Assembly (NCBI RefSeq): GCF_902652985.1
Contig: NC_047029.1
Coordinates: forward strand, 34,472,001 to 34,536,000
Source: Pecten maximus
Taxonomy: Eukaryota
Length of the DNA stretch: 64,000 nt
Direction of reading: 5' to 3'
Shown here piece after piece: positions 42,301 through 53,301 of the stretch. Each line of letters begins with the position of its first letter. The first letter of the stretch is position 1. The notes under the pieces were generated by a model. It was not told the origin of the DNA. It saw only the letters and a list, made by a program, of their open reading frames with translations, and did not search any database. A program made the translations under genes and the position numbers.

Positions 42301-45300
42301 AGTCTTTCAATGGATGCATTTTTCATAGAAGCATTTCATCATAAAGTGTGTACTGTTGTGGAATAATGAAATCAAATAATATAAAGTGTTGTCGACTTAC
42401 GCATTTCCCGCTGTGTACTGCAGGGTGAGAAGTCCCTTGTCGTCGTAAAGAAATGTAGCGGAATCCTGAGTACCTATACCCAGATATTGAGTAATCATCC
42501 CGGACGGGGTCACTTTACATGCCTACCAACGAGAAAGAGAGAGACGAAAAGTAGTACATAGATATGTGCTGTACCTAAGCATTTATAGTACATAGATATA
42601 TGTAGTACCTAGAGATATGTGTATAGATATGTGTAGTACCTAGATATGTGAAGTACCTAGATATATGTAGTACCTAGATATTTGTAGTACCTATATACAT
42701 GTATGTATAGTATCTAGATATATGAAGTACCTAGATATGTGTAGTACCTAGATATGTGTAGTACCTAGATATGTGTAGTACCTAGATATGTATAGTACCT
42801 AGATATGTATAGTACCTAGATATGTATAGTACCTAGATATATGAAGTATCTAGATATGTATAGTATCTAGATGTGTGTAGTACCTAGATATGTGTAGAAC
42901 CTAGATATGTGTAGTACCTAGATATGTATAGTACCTAGATGTGTGTAGTATCTAGATATGTATAGTATCTAGATGTGTGTAGTACCTAGATATGTGTAGT
43001 ACTTAGATATGTGTAGTACTTAGATATGTGTAGTATCTAGATATGTGTAGTACCTAGATATGTGTAGTACCTAGATATGTGTAGTACCTAGATATTATAG
43101 TACCTAGATATATGTATTACCTAGATATGTGTATTACCTAGATATGTGTAGTACCTAGATATGTATAGTACCCGAATATGTGTAGTACCTAGATATATGT
43201 ATTACCTAGATATATGTGTTACCTAGATTTGTGTAGTACCTCGATATGTGTAGTATCTAGATATGTGTAGTACCCAGATATGTGTAGTACCTCGATATGT
43301 GTAGTACCTAGATATGTGTAGTACCTCGATATGTGTAGTACCTCGATATGTGTAGTACCTAGATATGTGTATATATATGTGTAGTACCTAGATATATATA
43401 GTACCTAGATATGTGTAGTACCTAGATATGTATAGTACCTAGATATGTATAGTACCTAGATATGTGTAACAACTAGATATGTGTAGTACCTAGATATGTA
43501 TAGTACCTAGATATGAGTAACACCTATCTACAACCCTTTACAGGTTCCCTAATTACTTTATTTTCAATGACTTAATGAGACAAACAACTAATGAACTAAA
43601 CACGTACAGTACTCTGTTGTCTGCCTAGATTCAATAATACTCAATATATGTCAACAGACCGTCAGCAGGTATAAATGTACATGATTATTACAGCTACGTT
43701 TCGTAAGCTTTCACTATGATTGCCACTTTGATTCATGTCATTTTACATAGAAGAAATAATAAGTGTTTTGATGATTTGTACTCGTGTCGGGTGTGATAAC
43801 ATACCGCTTCGTTGACACACGTGCCCTCTGTAAACTGTTGACAGGGATTCCAGGAGTACACGTCTGTTTTGCCCTTTGTATCTGGGATATCCTGAAATCT
43901 GGAAACAATTGTATGTTATAGACAAAATGTAAAGGGGTATGTTGGATAAAATCTCACTAAAACCATGTATAGTGGAAATTGACAAAAGGTGCTCAACAAT
44001 GGAAACAATCAGAAGGTTTTAAGAGGGTCTCTTCATTTTATTATCCTTGTGATCTATCTTCTTCAGTCTGTCTGTGTTCACTAGATATCCATCCTCAAAC
44101 GACCTCGACAAGTGGTTTCCCCCTAGACACCCATCCTCAAATGACCTCGACAAGTGGTTTCCCCCTAGACACCCATCCTCAAATGACCTCGATAAGTGGT
44201 TTCCCCCTAGACTACCACCCTCAAATGACCCCGACAGTTGGTTTCCCCCAAGACACCCACCCTCAAACGACCTCGATAAGTGGTTTCCCCCTAGACTACC
44301 ACCCTCAAATGACCCCGACAGTTGGTTTCCCCCAAGACACCCACCCTCAAATGACCTCGACAAGTGGTTTCCCCTAGACACCCACCCTCAAATGACCCCG
44401 ACAGTTGGTTTCCCCCTAGACACCCACCCTCAAATGACCCCGACAGTTGGTTTCCCCCTAGACACCCACCCTCAAATGACCTCGACAAGGGGTTTCCCCC
44501 TAGACACCCACCCTCAAATGACCCCGACAGTTGGTTTCCCCCAAGACACCCATCCTCAAACGACCTCGATAAGTGGTTTCCCCCTAGACTACCACCCTCA
44601 ACTGACCCCGACAGTTGGTTTCCCCCAAGACACCCACCCTCAAATGACCTCAACAAGTGGTTTCCCCTAGACACCCACCCTCAAATGACCCCGACAGTTG
44701 GTTTCCCCCTAGACACCCACCCTCAAATGACCCCGACAGTTGGTTTCCCCCTAGACACCCACCCTCAAATGACCTCGACAAGGGGTTTCCCCCTAGACAC
44801 CCACCCTCAAATGACCCCGACAGTTGGTTTCCCCCAAGACACCCACCCTCAAATGACCTCGACAAGTGGTTTCCCCCTAGACACCCACCCTCAAATGACC
44901 TCGACAAGTGGTTTCCCCCTAGACACCCACCTTCAAATGACCCCGACAGTTGGTTTCCCCCTAGACACCCACCCTCAAATGACCCCGACAGTTGGTTTCC
45001 TCCTAGACACCCACCCTCAAATGACCCCGACAGTTGGTTTCCCCCTAGACACCCAACCTCAAATGACCCTGACAGTTAGTATCCATACAAACACCCGTCC
45101 TCAAATGTCCCCTTACTGCTAATATCCCCCTAGACACCTATCCTCATATGATACCTGACTGTGTGTGTCCACCTTCACATCCGTCCTCAAATGACCCCGA
45201 CTATCCGTGTCCCCCTACGCACCCACCCTTGCGACTGTTGCGACCACGTTAGACCCCGTACAACCTTTACCTCGGTACTGATAACCAGTCGTGGTCCAGC

Positions 45301-45551
45301 TTCCTTATTTGGAATCTGTTATGTCCACTTTTGAATGTGTCAGACACATATTTTGTGAGTGGTACCCAGTCGTGGCCTACTTACCTTGGGGTTGTGTCCG
45401 TGTTGCCAAGGGCTGTCAAATCTATTACCAACCCAGTGTCATCTCTACAGGAACAGCTCGACAACTTTGTACATGTTTGTGAAGTAATCCCCGATATTAA
45501 CAGACAGAAAACTGTCAGGTAAGAAACAAGACTCCTTCTCGTCGCGAACAT
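36357..45551 (-). CDS. Single-MRH-domain type I membrane protein, cation-dependent mannose-6-phosphate receptor/ATG27-like (247 aa, 7 exons)
   Basis: Exons 45385-45551, 43805-43898, 42401-42522, 41808-41898, 41315-41397, 40121-40247, 36357-36416. All GT-AG, phases consistent, 744 nt. Signal peptide, then CSC..D.G..IDL..L, YSWNPC, LTLQY..G, FELKTKYAC; TM ISTGTLLCIGFGGLLLVYGISGVLF; tail RIPNYALWIAFPALVKDGVVFV (cf. CD-MPR FPHLAFW..L..LVADG); terminal YDKI. Confidence 0.92.
36919..37146 (-). mobile_element. Full-length tRNA-derived SINE with V-domain core, (CAAAC)n tail and target-site duplication
   Basis: Minus strand: A box TGGCCAAGTGG, B box GAGTTCGAAACC, GGTTTTTTTCCGGGTACTCCGGCTTTCCTCCACC core. 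TSD attgttgagg at 36909-36918 and 37148-37157. Confidence 0.92.
37218..39950. repeat. 35-bp satellite (atagcttagagaattgttgaggagtgatgttcttt), about 78 copies, in intron 6 of the MRH gene
   Basis: Directly visible tandem array with higher-order periodicity (see findings). Confidence 0.98.
41076..41145. other. Inverted repeat / hairpin
   Basis: gtaacaat...ggggagtcta atataat / attgtat aatagactcccc...attgttac. Confidence 0.6.
42550..43520. repeat. 17-bp minisatellite (gtacctagatatgtgta) in intron 2 of the MRH gene
   Basis: About 55 tandem copies. Confidence 0.97.
44080..45230. repeat. 39-bp minisatellite (ctagacacccaccctcaaatgaccccgacagttggtttcccc) in intron 1 of the MRH gene
   Basis: Tandem copies with alternating ctcgacaagt/cccgacagtt variants; decays after 45080. 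Confidence 0.97.
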
Positions 45552-46374
45552 TTTGGATATTTATCTCCCGTCATATGACTTCACTGGTCGGCTGATACAG
45601 CTTATCTTAAACTGTTAACTTATAATTATCAAATCTAAGTTACACTTCTTTTTAACAATTCTCTGTTGTACATTTAATATTTTGATAAGCGTATGCATTT
45701 TTTTAACTTCTTGAAATAAATTACATTTTTTTAGATTATCATTTTTATTTCAAAATAAGCTTATCCTTGAGTCTAAAATAAAACGAAATGTTCATTTATT
45801 TAATAAATAAATAATCCCATTTATGATATTGTGATGTTAAGTTTCTATCTTGAAATCAATGTTGTATGTTTATTTTTGAAAGCTGAAGAAATTATATCCA
45901 TGCTAGAACCATTGCTAAATATATATTGTTGATATCAAGAGATACGGGTAGAAAATTATCACTTCACGTTAATACGACCTTACTACTGCAGGTCAGTAAC
46001 AGACTGCCGATATCAACCGATCGTTAGATTCATATCAACACCCTCGCCGTCTAGTAAGTAGTTACTTCAGACTGTATAGGGGTCACTTAGATATCGGTGA
46101 TAACAATAGATATGATATCAACCAACAGCACAGTTGTAGATGCTGATATACTTATTTTGTTATAAATGATGAAATGTTTGGGTTGTCTCCCCTTCATCAT
46201 GTAAGTGATCGTGTTACATTAGTTCCTGCTCACTTTCGTTTTCATAACTAGATTAATTTCAACCTTCATATATTCGTCCGTCGACATTTATAATCTACTT
46301 CTTGAGTGGATAGGAATGAGATCATGTGTGCTTCTTTAAAGTGAGGTTATAAACATCCATTCTTAAACGGTTAA

Positions 46375-46552
46375 GCCCTAATATGACCCAGGGTGTTGGT
46401 ACCCCCCCCCCCCTAGACACCCGTCCTAATATGACCCTGGCTGAAGGTACCCCCTGGTCATCCGTCCTCGTATGACCCTGGCTGATGGTGTCCCCTAGAC
46501 ACCCGTCCTCGTATTACCCTGGCTGATTGTGTCCTCTAGACACCCGTCCTTA
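46375..46552. repeat. Short diverged array related to the 39-bp minisatellite and to the SINE 3' tail
   Basis: ctagacacccgtcctaatatgaccctggctg occurs about 4-5 times. Confidence 0.8.
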
Positions 46553-46962
46553 TATAGGTTGTTGATGTCTGAAACAATGAGGCACTTGCTAATATATGTC
46601 ACACACGCTTACCACTTCAAGTATGTAAAAGATAAATATCACTCAAAATAAGGGGGTGGGGTGGGGTGGGTGGAGGTGTTGAATAAAGACAACCAATTGT
46701 AGAACTTAGATATGTTTGAATCTCGGAACATGTATTTTCATACCATTCGAGTTGTTACCTTAACAGCATCAGTGGACTTTGAGATTTTTAAATGATTATC
46801 TGTATACATTTTAATATCTTATTGTAAATCTGTTATATGATTAAATCCGCATTTTAACTGATTTTGTACAGTCTTTGTGACTTTAAAGGGCCACAGTTCG
46901 CCACAAGAGGAGATTTCTGTATTCTTAGTTTGCATGTTTACTTTTGTTTTTACCTTTTGATG

Positions 46963-46966
<4 letters not shown>

Positions 46967-47014
<48 letters not shown>
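46967..47014. repeat. (TA)n microsatellite
   Basis: About 23 TA units. Confidence 0.95.
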
Positions 47015-47018
<4 letters not shown>

Positions 47019-47464
47019 TGTTTGTTTTATTTGTTTTGTTTTTTGTATACATATAGATATGTGTGTATAAAATAGTAACACAACTGACGAAAGAAGACAA
47101 TTGTATGGCTTACCGGGCCTCGAATTCACGATCTACGTACGGCATCTAATCACATAGAATATCCAGAGCTCCACGTTATATAAGTATATACTTATTCGGG
47201 TATATAAAGAATATCGCTTTCGCCAATGTGTACGTATATAATTATAATATGTTGTCCCATTATATTGTATTGAATGACATCTATGGATTGCATGACATAT
47301 TATGAATTGAAAGGACAAAACAAGAAAAGCAGCGATGATATAGATTAAATAACTACTACTTGGATGTATAAAATGAATTGAAGATAAATAAGCACTAGCA
47401 TTTACTATCAACCCTGTGCAAGGAGAAACAGCTTATCATGTCATCATCATAATATTATAACAAA

Positions 47465-47576
47465 ATTCCGGAATTTAGTACCGCCTACATTCCCGTAAGT
47501 TCCCCAACTTCCGGTTACTTTGTTTACTTCCGGTATGTCAATCATGAAAGAGGATTGAAAAATAACACAGGTAAGT
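47465..47576 (+). promoter_or_regulatory. Putative promoter and non-coding first exon of the NHL gene
   Basis: Two ETS-type ACTTCCGG sites (47507, 47526), then the consensus donor CAG|GTAAGT at 47571. A matching acceptor tttatttacag lies at 50541, upstream of the ATG at 50629. Confidence 0.6.
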
Positions 47577-49599
47577 GTAACATTACTTTTCTTTTCCTCG
47601 TCTGTTTTTGTTGAATTTTCATTTAACTGATCGCTGGTTGCATAGGGTAACTACGTCTGCTGCTTATCATTGGCAACAATGGCCGAGTTTTACAGTACTA
47701 AGTGTCTTCATGCACGACCGTAACGTTACGATATGGGCGGGTCTTGTATGTCGATATAATAGCTATTTAAAGCTATATCAAACTGACAAAATTGAAAAAT
47801 ACCGTTGTATTAAAACAGGAATTATAGCTATGGAATCCTTGCACGCAAATCCGACATCTGAGACTGAATTTAAGAATCACACTGGTGATGTTAATACAGT
47901 AATTATAAACAACATTTGAACATTATGTTATCAATTTTATTCGAAACAATAGAACACTTATTTACTCAGCTGCAATAACGTAGCTCTGGACGACGGGTGG
48001 ACAATTTCTGAGCAATGTAGACAGTGTATGAATATTAACTATATATTATTTACTTAATTAACTATAAACATTATCAGTCATTATAAGTTTTAGGTGTTTC
48101 TTTTGCAAGCATGTATTTTTATCCAAATAAATGTTGTTTTCCCCAAAAGACGATATGGCTCTTGTCCCTGATTTGTCAGGCCTAAAGATATATGTATTTC
48201 TGCAAACCCTTAAGCTACGTATACTAACCTTATATTTTTGTGTCTACTCAAGTTTTTATGGCCACGTACGTGCACGTTCAAGGAAGTACTATTTTATCCT
48301 TTTTGAGAAGTATTTAAAAGATGAAAATATTTCCCTACCTACATAAGCTATTGATTTCTGACATTTTAGCAGAAACAAATGTATTATTTTTTAGGCATTT
48401 AAAAATAATATGTTTAATATTGATGTATACAATGTTTAGGTGCATGATATATGATCAAATTGTCAATACAACAATATTGAATTACCTCCCCTTATATAAT
48501 AACAAAGACATAATTCAAGTTTTGCCATTTAATGAAATAATAAAATAAGATAATAAAGTATATAAAAAGCCCTTTTACTCCAGATCAAAATGTCTCGAAT
48601 ATATTAAAAGTCCATTAATAATCACTAATACATATGAAAGGAGGTGAAAAGGCTATACACAGATTGCAATACATTTTGATATTTTAATATCCTTCACTTT
48701 CCACACTCACAAGCAAATTTTATGCGACGCCTTAGCCAAAATTACTTTAACTTATTTATTTAAATTAAACCATTGAGGGAGCCTCATCAATTTCATACAA
48801 ATTTAGCCTCAAATAGGGAGGGAAGAGTGGGTGTTTCAAAAAAGGAGATGCAATGGTATGTGTCCTGACACCTCAGGATTCTAAATGGAAGTAAGAGAAA
48901 AAAAATGGAAGGCACTACTCCAAAAAGGCGCCTAAAAGCTGGCCAATGAAAACTTTGTGCTAATGAGGGGTCATTTTACTGGTCAAGCTCGTGCTCGAGC
49001 TGTATGTCGAGAGGAGTGAATATTACTCGATGGACGGCAAATGATAACACACATAAAATATATACATTCAGGGAGGTAATTAACTATTTTGGAACAAAAT
49101 ATCCACATTGCTGGCATGACATCTTTGGTGCATCATGGGTACAATTGCCCTGGATGTGAAATCCCCTAATCTCAACTCTACATAGAAAAATATAGAATTT
49201 TCTAGCCTCCTGTTTGTCTATTCAAAAATCCTCCATTTCAGGTTGGCATCCCCCTGTTTCACTCTCACGGCTGTGAATGATTTTCTCTTTTGCCCTGTTT
49301 GTCCACTTTTGTATCTAACAATACATTGACCATACACCAATGCAAGGCACTTTGTGACATTACTTGACGGAATAGCTGATGTGACATCATTTACGATTGA
49401 ATTGTCAATGTTACATCACTGTATTGTTTCCATGATATCATGCATTTATTGTGAGTGGAATCCACCCACTTCAAGACCAGAGTGAGATGTTTTACACTGA
49501 TGGAATTGTGAATACACATCGAGACTTATTGCTTGTCTATGTATCAGAAGCATGGAAAATATTTGACATTGTTGGACAATGCCAAAGTAAATTACTTTC

Positions 49600-50420
49600 A
49601 GTACATCACAGTTTGCATATACACCATATTAGGTATATTCAAATGCCCTAAATCTTCATTACACAACACCATATTAGGTATATCCAAATGCCCTAAATCT
49701 TCATTCCACAGTCTGTCTACATATACATAATGATATACAAACAAGTAGCTAAAATCCTCAATTCACAGTCTTAATATACATTGCATGGTAAACATACAGT
49801 TATCTCAAATCCTTAACTCATTGTCTGCGTACCGCTTCGGTATACATTGTATCAAGTAATAAACATACAGCACCTCTGGCCCAAATCCTCAATATACAAT
49901 AAGCATAAATACATTATGATAAATAGTTATATTGATGGCCCAACCTACATACATCATAATAAATACAGGTGGCACAAACCTCAGTTCACAGTCTTCATAT
50001 ATACATTATGATAAACATAAAGGTATCTCAAATCCTTATTGTTCTACCTACATTATACCGGTTAATTAACGTACAATACATGCACAGGTGGCCTAAATCC
50101 TCAATACACAATAAGCATAAATACATTATAGTAAATATATAATTAGTATAGTGGGTCCAAACCCAAATTCATAGTCTGCATGAAAACATCATAATAATGC
50201 AAGCATACAGATGGCCAAAATCCTCGATTCACAATATGCAAAAATACAGTAAACATGTACTAAAATATGATTGGCTCATCAAATCCTCAATTGAAAGTCT
50301 GCATGTACGTCATGAAAAGCATACAAGTAGTCGAAATCCTCAATTCACAGACTAACATAATGAACATACAGGTGGCCCAGATCCTCAATTCAAAGTCTAC
50401 ATGTACGTTATGGTAAATGT
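49600..50420. repeat. Old, degenerate minisatellite (~55-60 bp; aaatcctcaattcacagtct...aaacatacaggtggc)
   Basis: aaatcctcaa and catacag motifs recur at regular spacing. Confidence 0.7.
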
Positions 50421-50628
50421 GCATATGACGATCATATATTGATATATTTTAAAAATCTTCGTGGAAAAACCGCTAACGATGCGGTTATATATGTATATAT
50501 GTCAATGTCAGATGGTACAATAGTGTATTTTTTATTTACAGATTGAAAAGATGGTACAGTACAAGTTCCGCAGTACTACCAACCAATCCACATACAGGGG
50601 CATATTGACAATTTGATGTCTCTTTACC

Positions 50629-53301
50629 ATGGAGAATGTGACGCCACTACCTAGTGAGTCTGGTGATGCCAAACTTATGAAATGTGATCCACAGATAGAA
50701 CCTGTACGAGACTTTGTGACACTCACAAAAGGTCCAGATAAAACCATGGAGGCATCGCCTGTAGCCCTAACTCATGAAACAGGATTACCTTCTTCAATAT
50801 CAACTCTTCAGGAGACCGTTCCAGTGCCAAATGAATCAGCAACAGGACCAGGTCAATCAAATGCTGAGAGTGGACCTAACACCGACAGCACACCTGGACT
50901 AACGACCACTGACTGTATACAGCAAACTGTAGGGTCTAGAATTGAATCCCAAGGCAGTGATAGACAGAGCATCCTCCAACTCATCAAGAGAAATATGAAG
51001 GACACCAAAAGAGAATTGGGGGAGCTCCACAAAACCCTGCTGCCAAGAGAACGACAGCTTTTGATTCAAAAGGAACAAACTGCATTAGAAGTTGCAAAAT
51101 ATTTTGCGGACATCAAGATTAAAGTTAGTAAATATCTTTTAGAACAAGAAGAGAAAATCCAAAACGAGCTGGAAGTTTTGACACAGAGAGAATCACAACA
51201 CATACAGCAGGACGTTGTCAACTGTACAAAATTGATGGAGAACGTAGACGAGAAAGAAATGGAATTCTTGTCATGTGAACCTATTTCTAGGAGAGAAAAC
51301 CATATGTCTGAGGTAAATTCAGACCTCCATGACTTAAAACGTACAATAACCGGTTACTCAGATATGTGTAGTCAGATGAAGACATATGCCGACGAGCCAT
51401 TTAATATGAGGTTCATGATCAACACTGATTTAGAGGATATGTTGACAAACTGTAGTTTGGTCAACATTGAACTCATCACTGCAAGACACACATTGACAAG
51501 TCGGCAGTCAGTCTCATCAGAAGCATCATCTACCAGGCCGTCTACTTCGGAAGAACCAGATGTGGTTTATGCAGATAATAGTGCGTCCGACGCCTCGGAT
51601 TCTGAGTCATCTGAATCCGAAGAATCATCGTCAGAATCGTCTGAATCAGATGATGATGATAATGATGACGAGAATGACGGTGTTACTGATGAGCAGCGTA
51701 GCTTATCTACAGTCACTGACGACGTACAGAACAATGCTCAATTTCGAAATACAAGCAATGCACCTATAAGTAGCACTGAACCAGCACCAGCCTATGAGGA
51801 AGAGCCCCCACCGCCATATCCAGGCCTTCCACATACCCTCTCTGTTCCTACCGTATCCGGATGCCAAGATCCTCGATTCCCCACACAGAATACCCCATCT
51901 ACATCCGGTCATGAGTCGATGAATGCTCCTCCTTCCGTTACGGTCTATCCACCAGGAGAAAACATTCCAACCCGTACGTCATCCAGTTCCAGTATAGAAG
52001 GAAGGGGTGAGTCACATTCACCGAAGTTACACCACAGTCCTAGTCCACGTCAGTCGCATCAATACAGAAGGCGTTCGCCTGATTCCCTTGGCTCATCAGG
52101 AAGCTCTACATCACTTCAGGACGCTGGGTCTGATCCGACTATAGGGAACACAGCAAGTAGCACCAGAAATCGACTTGACATGGATTCGAATGAACGACGC
52201 AACAGTATCGAACCAGTGCATCCAGCTCTCCGCTTGCCATTTGCCTCCAGTTCAAGTCCATCAGCACCTCCCTTGCCTATGACATCCTATACGCCTTCTG
52301 ATGGAAACGAAGGCCAGACTGCCATGGCTACTTTATACCCGCAACTTAATCAGCCACAAGGTCTCGGCAGGCGATCTCCTAACATGGGTCGACGATCGCA
52401 TAGGTCAGTACCAGCACCGGTCCAGGGAGACCAGTCAAGACCAAGTCACCGATTCCGAGAAAAGAAATACACACCGCCGTTCAGTCTGAAGTTTGTCGGA
52501 CAGTGTAACGCATCCATTTCTGCTGACGAGCGACCACCTGGCTTAGTAGGCATATCCAACATGGCAGAATATACAGTTGTTGTTGATCGTTGGAACTTTA
52601 AATTGAAACTGATAAAATATAGAGCTGTGAAAAGCGTTTTGTTCTTTGGAACCTTTGAACCCTGGGATGTTACTGGGTTGTCTGATACTCGTTGTGCTGT
52701 CACTGTTCCAAAAGCTTCAGAAATATGTATCGCCTCCAGACATGGCTCAAAACTTAAGTTAGAAAAAAGGATACCAACATCACGTGGGTATTCTTGTATA
52801 CAGTACCATAAGCGCAAGGACTTACTGATTTGTGGATGTTGCCCACAGTTCGGCAGACCACATGTAGCTGTTGTAACTATGGAAGGCAGGGTTCTGAAAT
52901 CATTCCACGACGACGCCAATAACACGGCGATTTTTGCATACCCAAGATCTATTGCAATAGTAGGCGAGGAGACTGTTGTGGTCGTCGACAACAACAAGAA
53001 CAGTGTTATTTTCATTAGAATGGATGGAACCGTGTTAGAGACATACAAAGGTTTCCGTAAGTCTTTGCTCGAAGACGCACAGGGAGTGACTGTACACCCC
53101 TATCTTGGATTTGTTCTTGTGTCAGACGCCAAAAAGAACAGCCTCCATGTCTTGTCATCGAAGGGACATTACAGGGGATGCATTTCCGGTGGAACAGAAA
53201 TGTCCAACCCGCGCCGGCTTATGGTTGTTGGTCTAAACAATCCACAGTTGGTTGTCGCACACGGAAATGGGTATGTAAGCCGATTCGACTTGGTTTCATA
53301 A
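50629..53301 (+). CDS. 890-aa coiled-coil + disordered linker + NHL/six-bladed beta-propeller protein (TRIM-NHL-like, without RING/B-box)
   Basis: Uninterrupted 2.67-kb ORF with Kozak accATGg and an upstream in-frame TGA. Helical heptad region aa ~110-250; acidic/Ser/Pro-rich middle; C-terminal NHL-like blades (EPWDVT, FAYPRSIAI...VVVDNNKNSV, AQGVTV...VLVSDAKKNSLHVLS..G). Confidence 0.9.
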   Translation: MENVTPLPSESGDAKLMKCDPQIEPVRDFVTLTKGPDKTMEASPVALTHETGLPSSISTLQETVPVPNESATGPGQSNAESGPNTDSTPGLTTTDCIQQTVGSRIESQGSDRQSILQLIKRNMKDTKRELGELHKTLLPRERQLLIQKEQTALEVAKYFADIKIKVSKYLLEQEEKIQNELEVLTQRESQHIQQDVVNCTKLMENVDEKEMEFLSCEPISRRENHMSEVNSDLHDLKRTITGYSDMCSQMKTYADEPFNMRFMINTDLEDMLTNCSLVNIELITARHTLTSRQSVSSEASSTRPSTSEEPDVVYADNSASDASDSESSESEESSSESSESDDDDNDDENDGVTDEQRSLSTVTDDVQNNAQFRNTSNAPISSTEPAPAYEEEPPPPYPGLPHTLSVPTVSGCQDPRFPTQNTPSTSGHESMNAPPSVTVYPPGENIPTRTSSSSSIEGRGESHSPKLHHSPSPRQSHQYRRRSPDSLGSSGSSTSLQDAGSDPTIGNTASSTRNRLDMDSNERRNSIEPVHPALRLPFASSSSPSAPPLPMTSYTPSDGNEGQTAMATLYPQLNQPQGLGRRSPNMGRRSHRSVPAPVQGDQSRPSHRFREKKYTPPFSLKFVGQCNASISADERPPGLVGISNMAEYTVVVDRWNFKLKLIKYRAVKSVLFFGTFEPWDVTGLSDTRCAVTVPKASEICIASRHGSKLKLEKRIPTSRGYSCIQYHKRKDLLICGCCPQFGRPHVAVVTMEGRVLKSFHDDANNTAIFAYPRSIAIVGEETVVVVDNNKNSVIFIRMDGTVLETYKGFRKSLLEDAQGVTVHPYLGFVLVSDAKKNSLHVLSSKGHYRGCISGGTEMSNPRRLMVVGLNNPQLVVAHGNGYVSRFDLVS

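Noticed and set aside
43979-45122. Long repetitive ORFs on both strands (DPDSWFPPRHPPSN, GFPLDTHPQMT, GGNQLSGSFEGGCL repeats)
   Set aside because: Artefacts of a 39-bp (multiple of 3) minisatellite inside intron 1 of the MRH gene. Open in several frames, with frameshifting 38-bp units.
52446-53048. 200-aa antisense ORF
   Set aside because: Shadow of the 890-aa plus-strand CDS; no recognisable motif.
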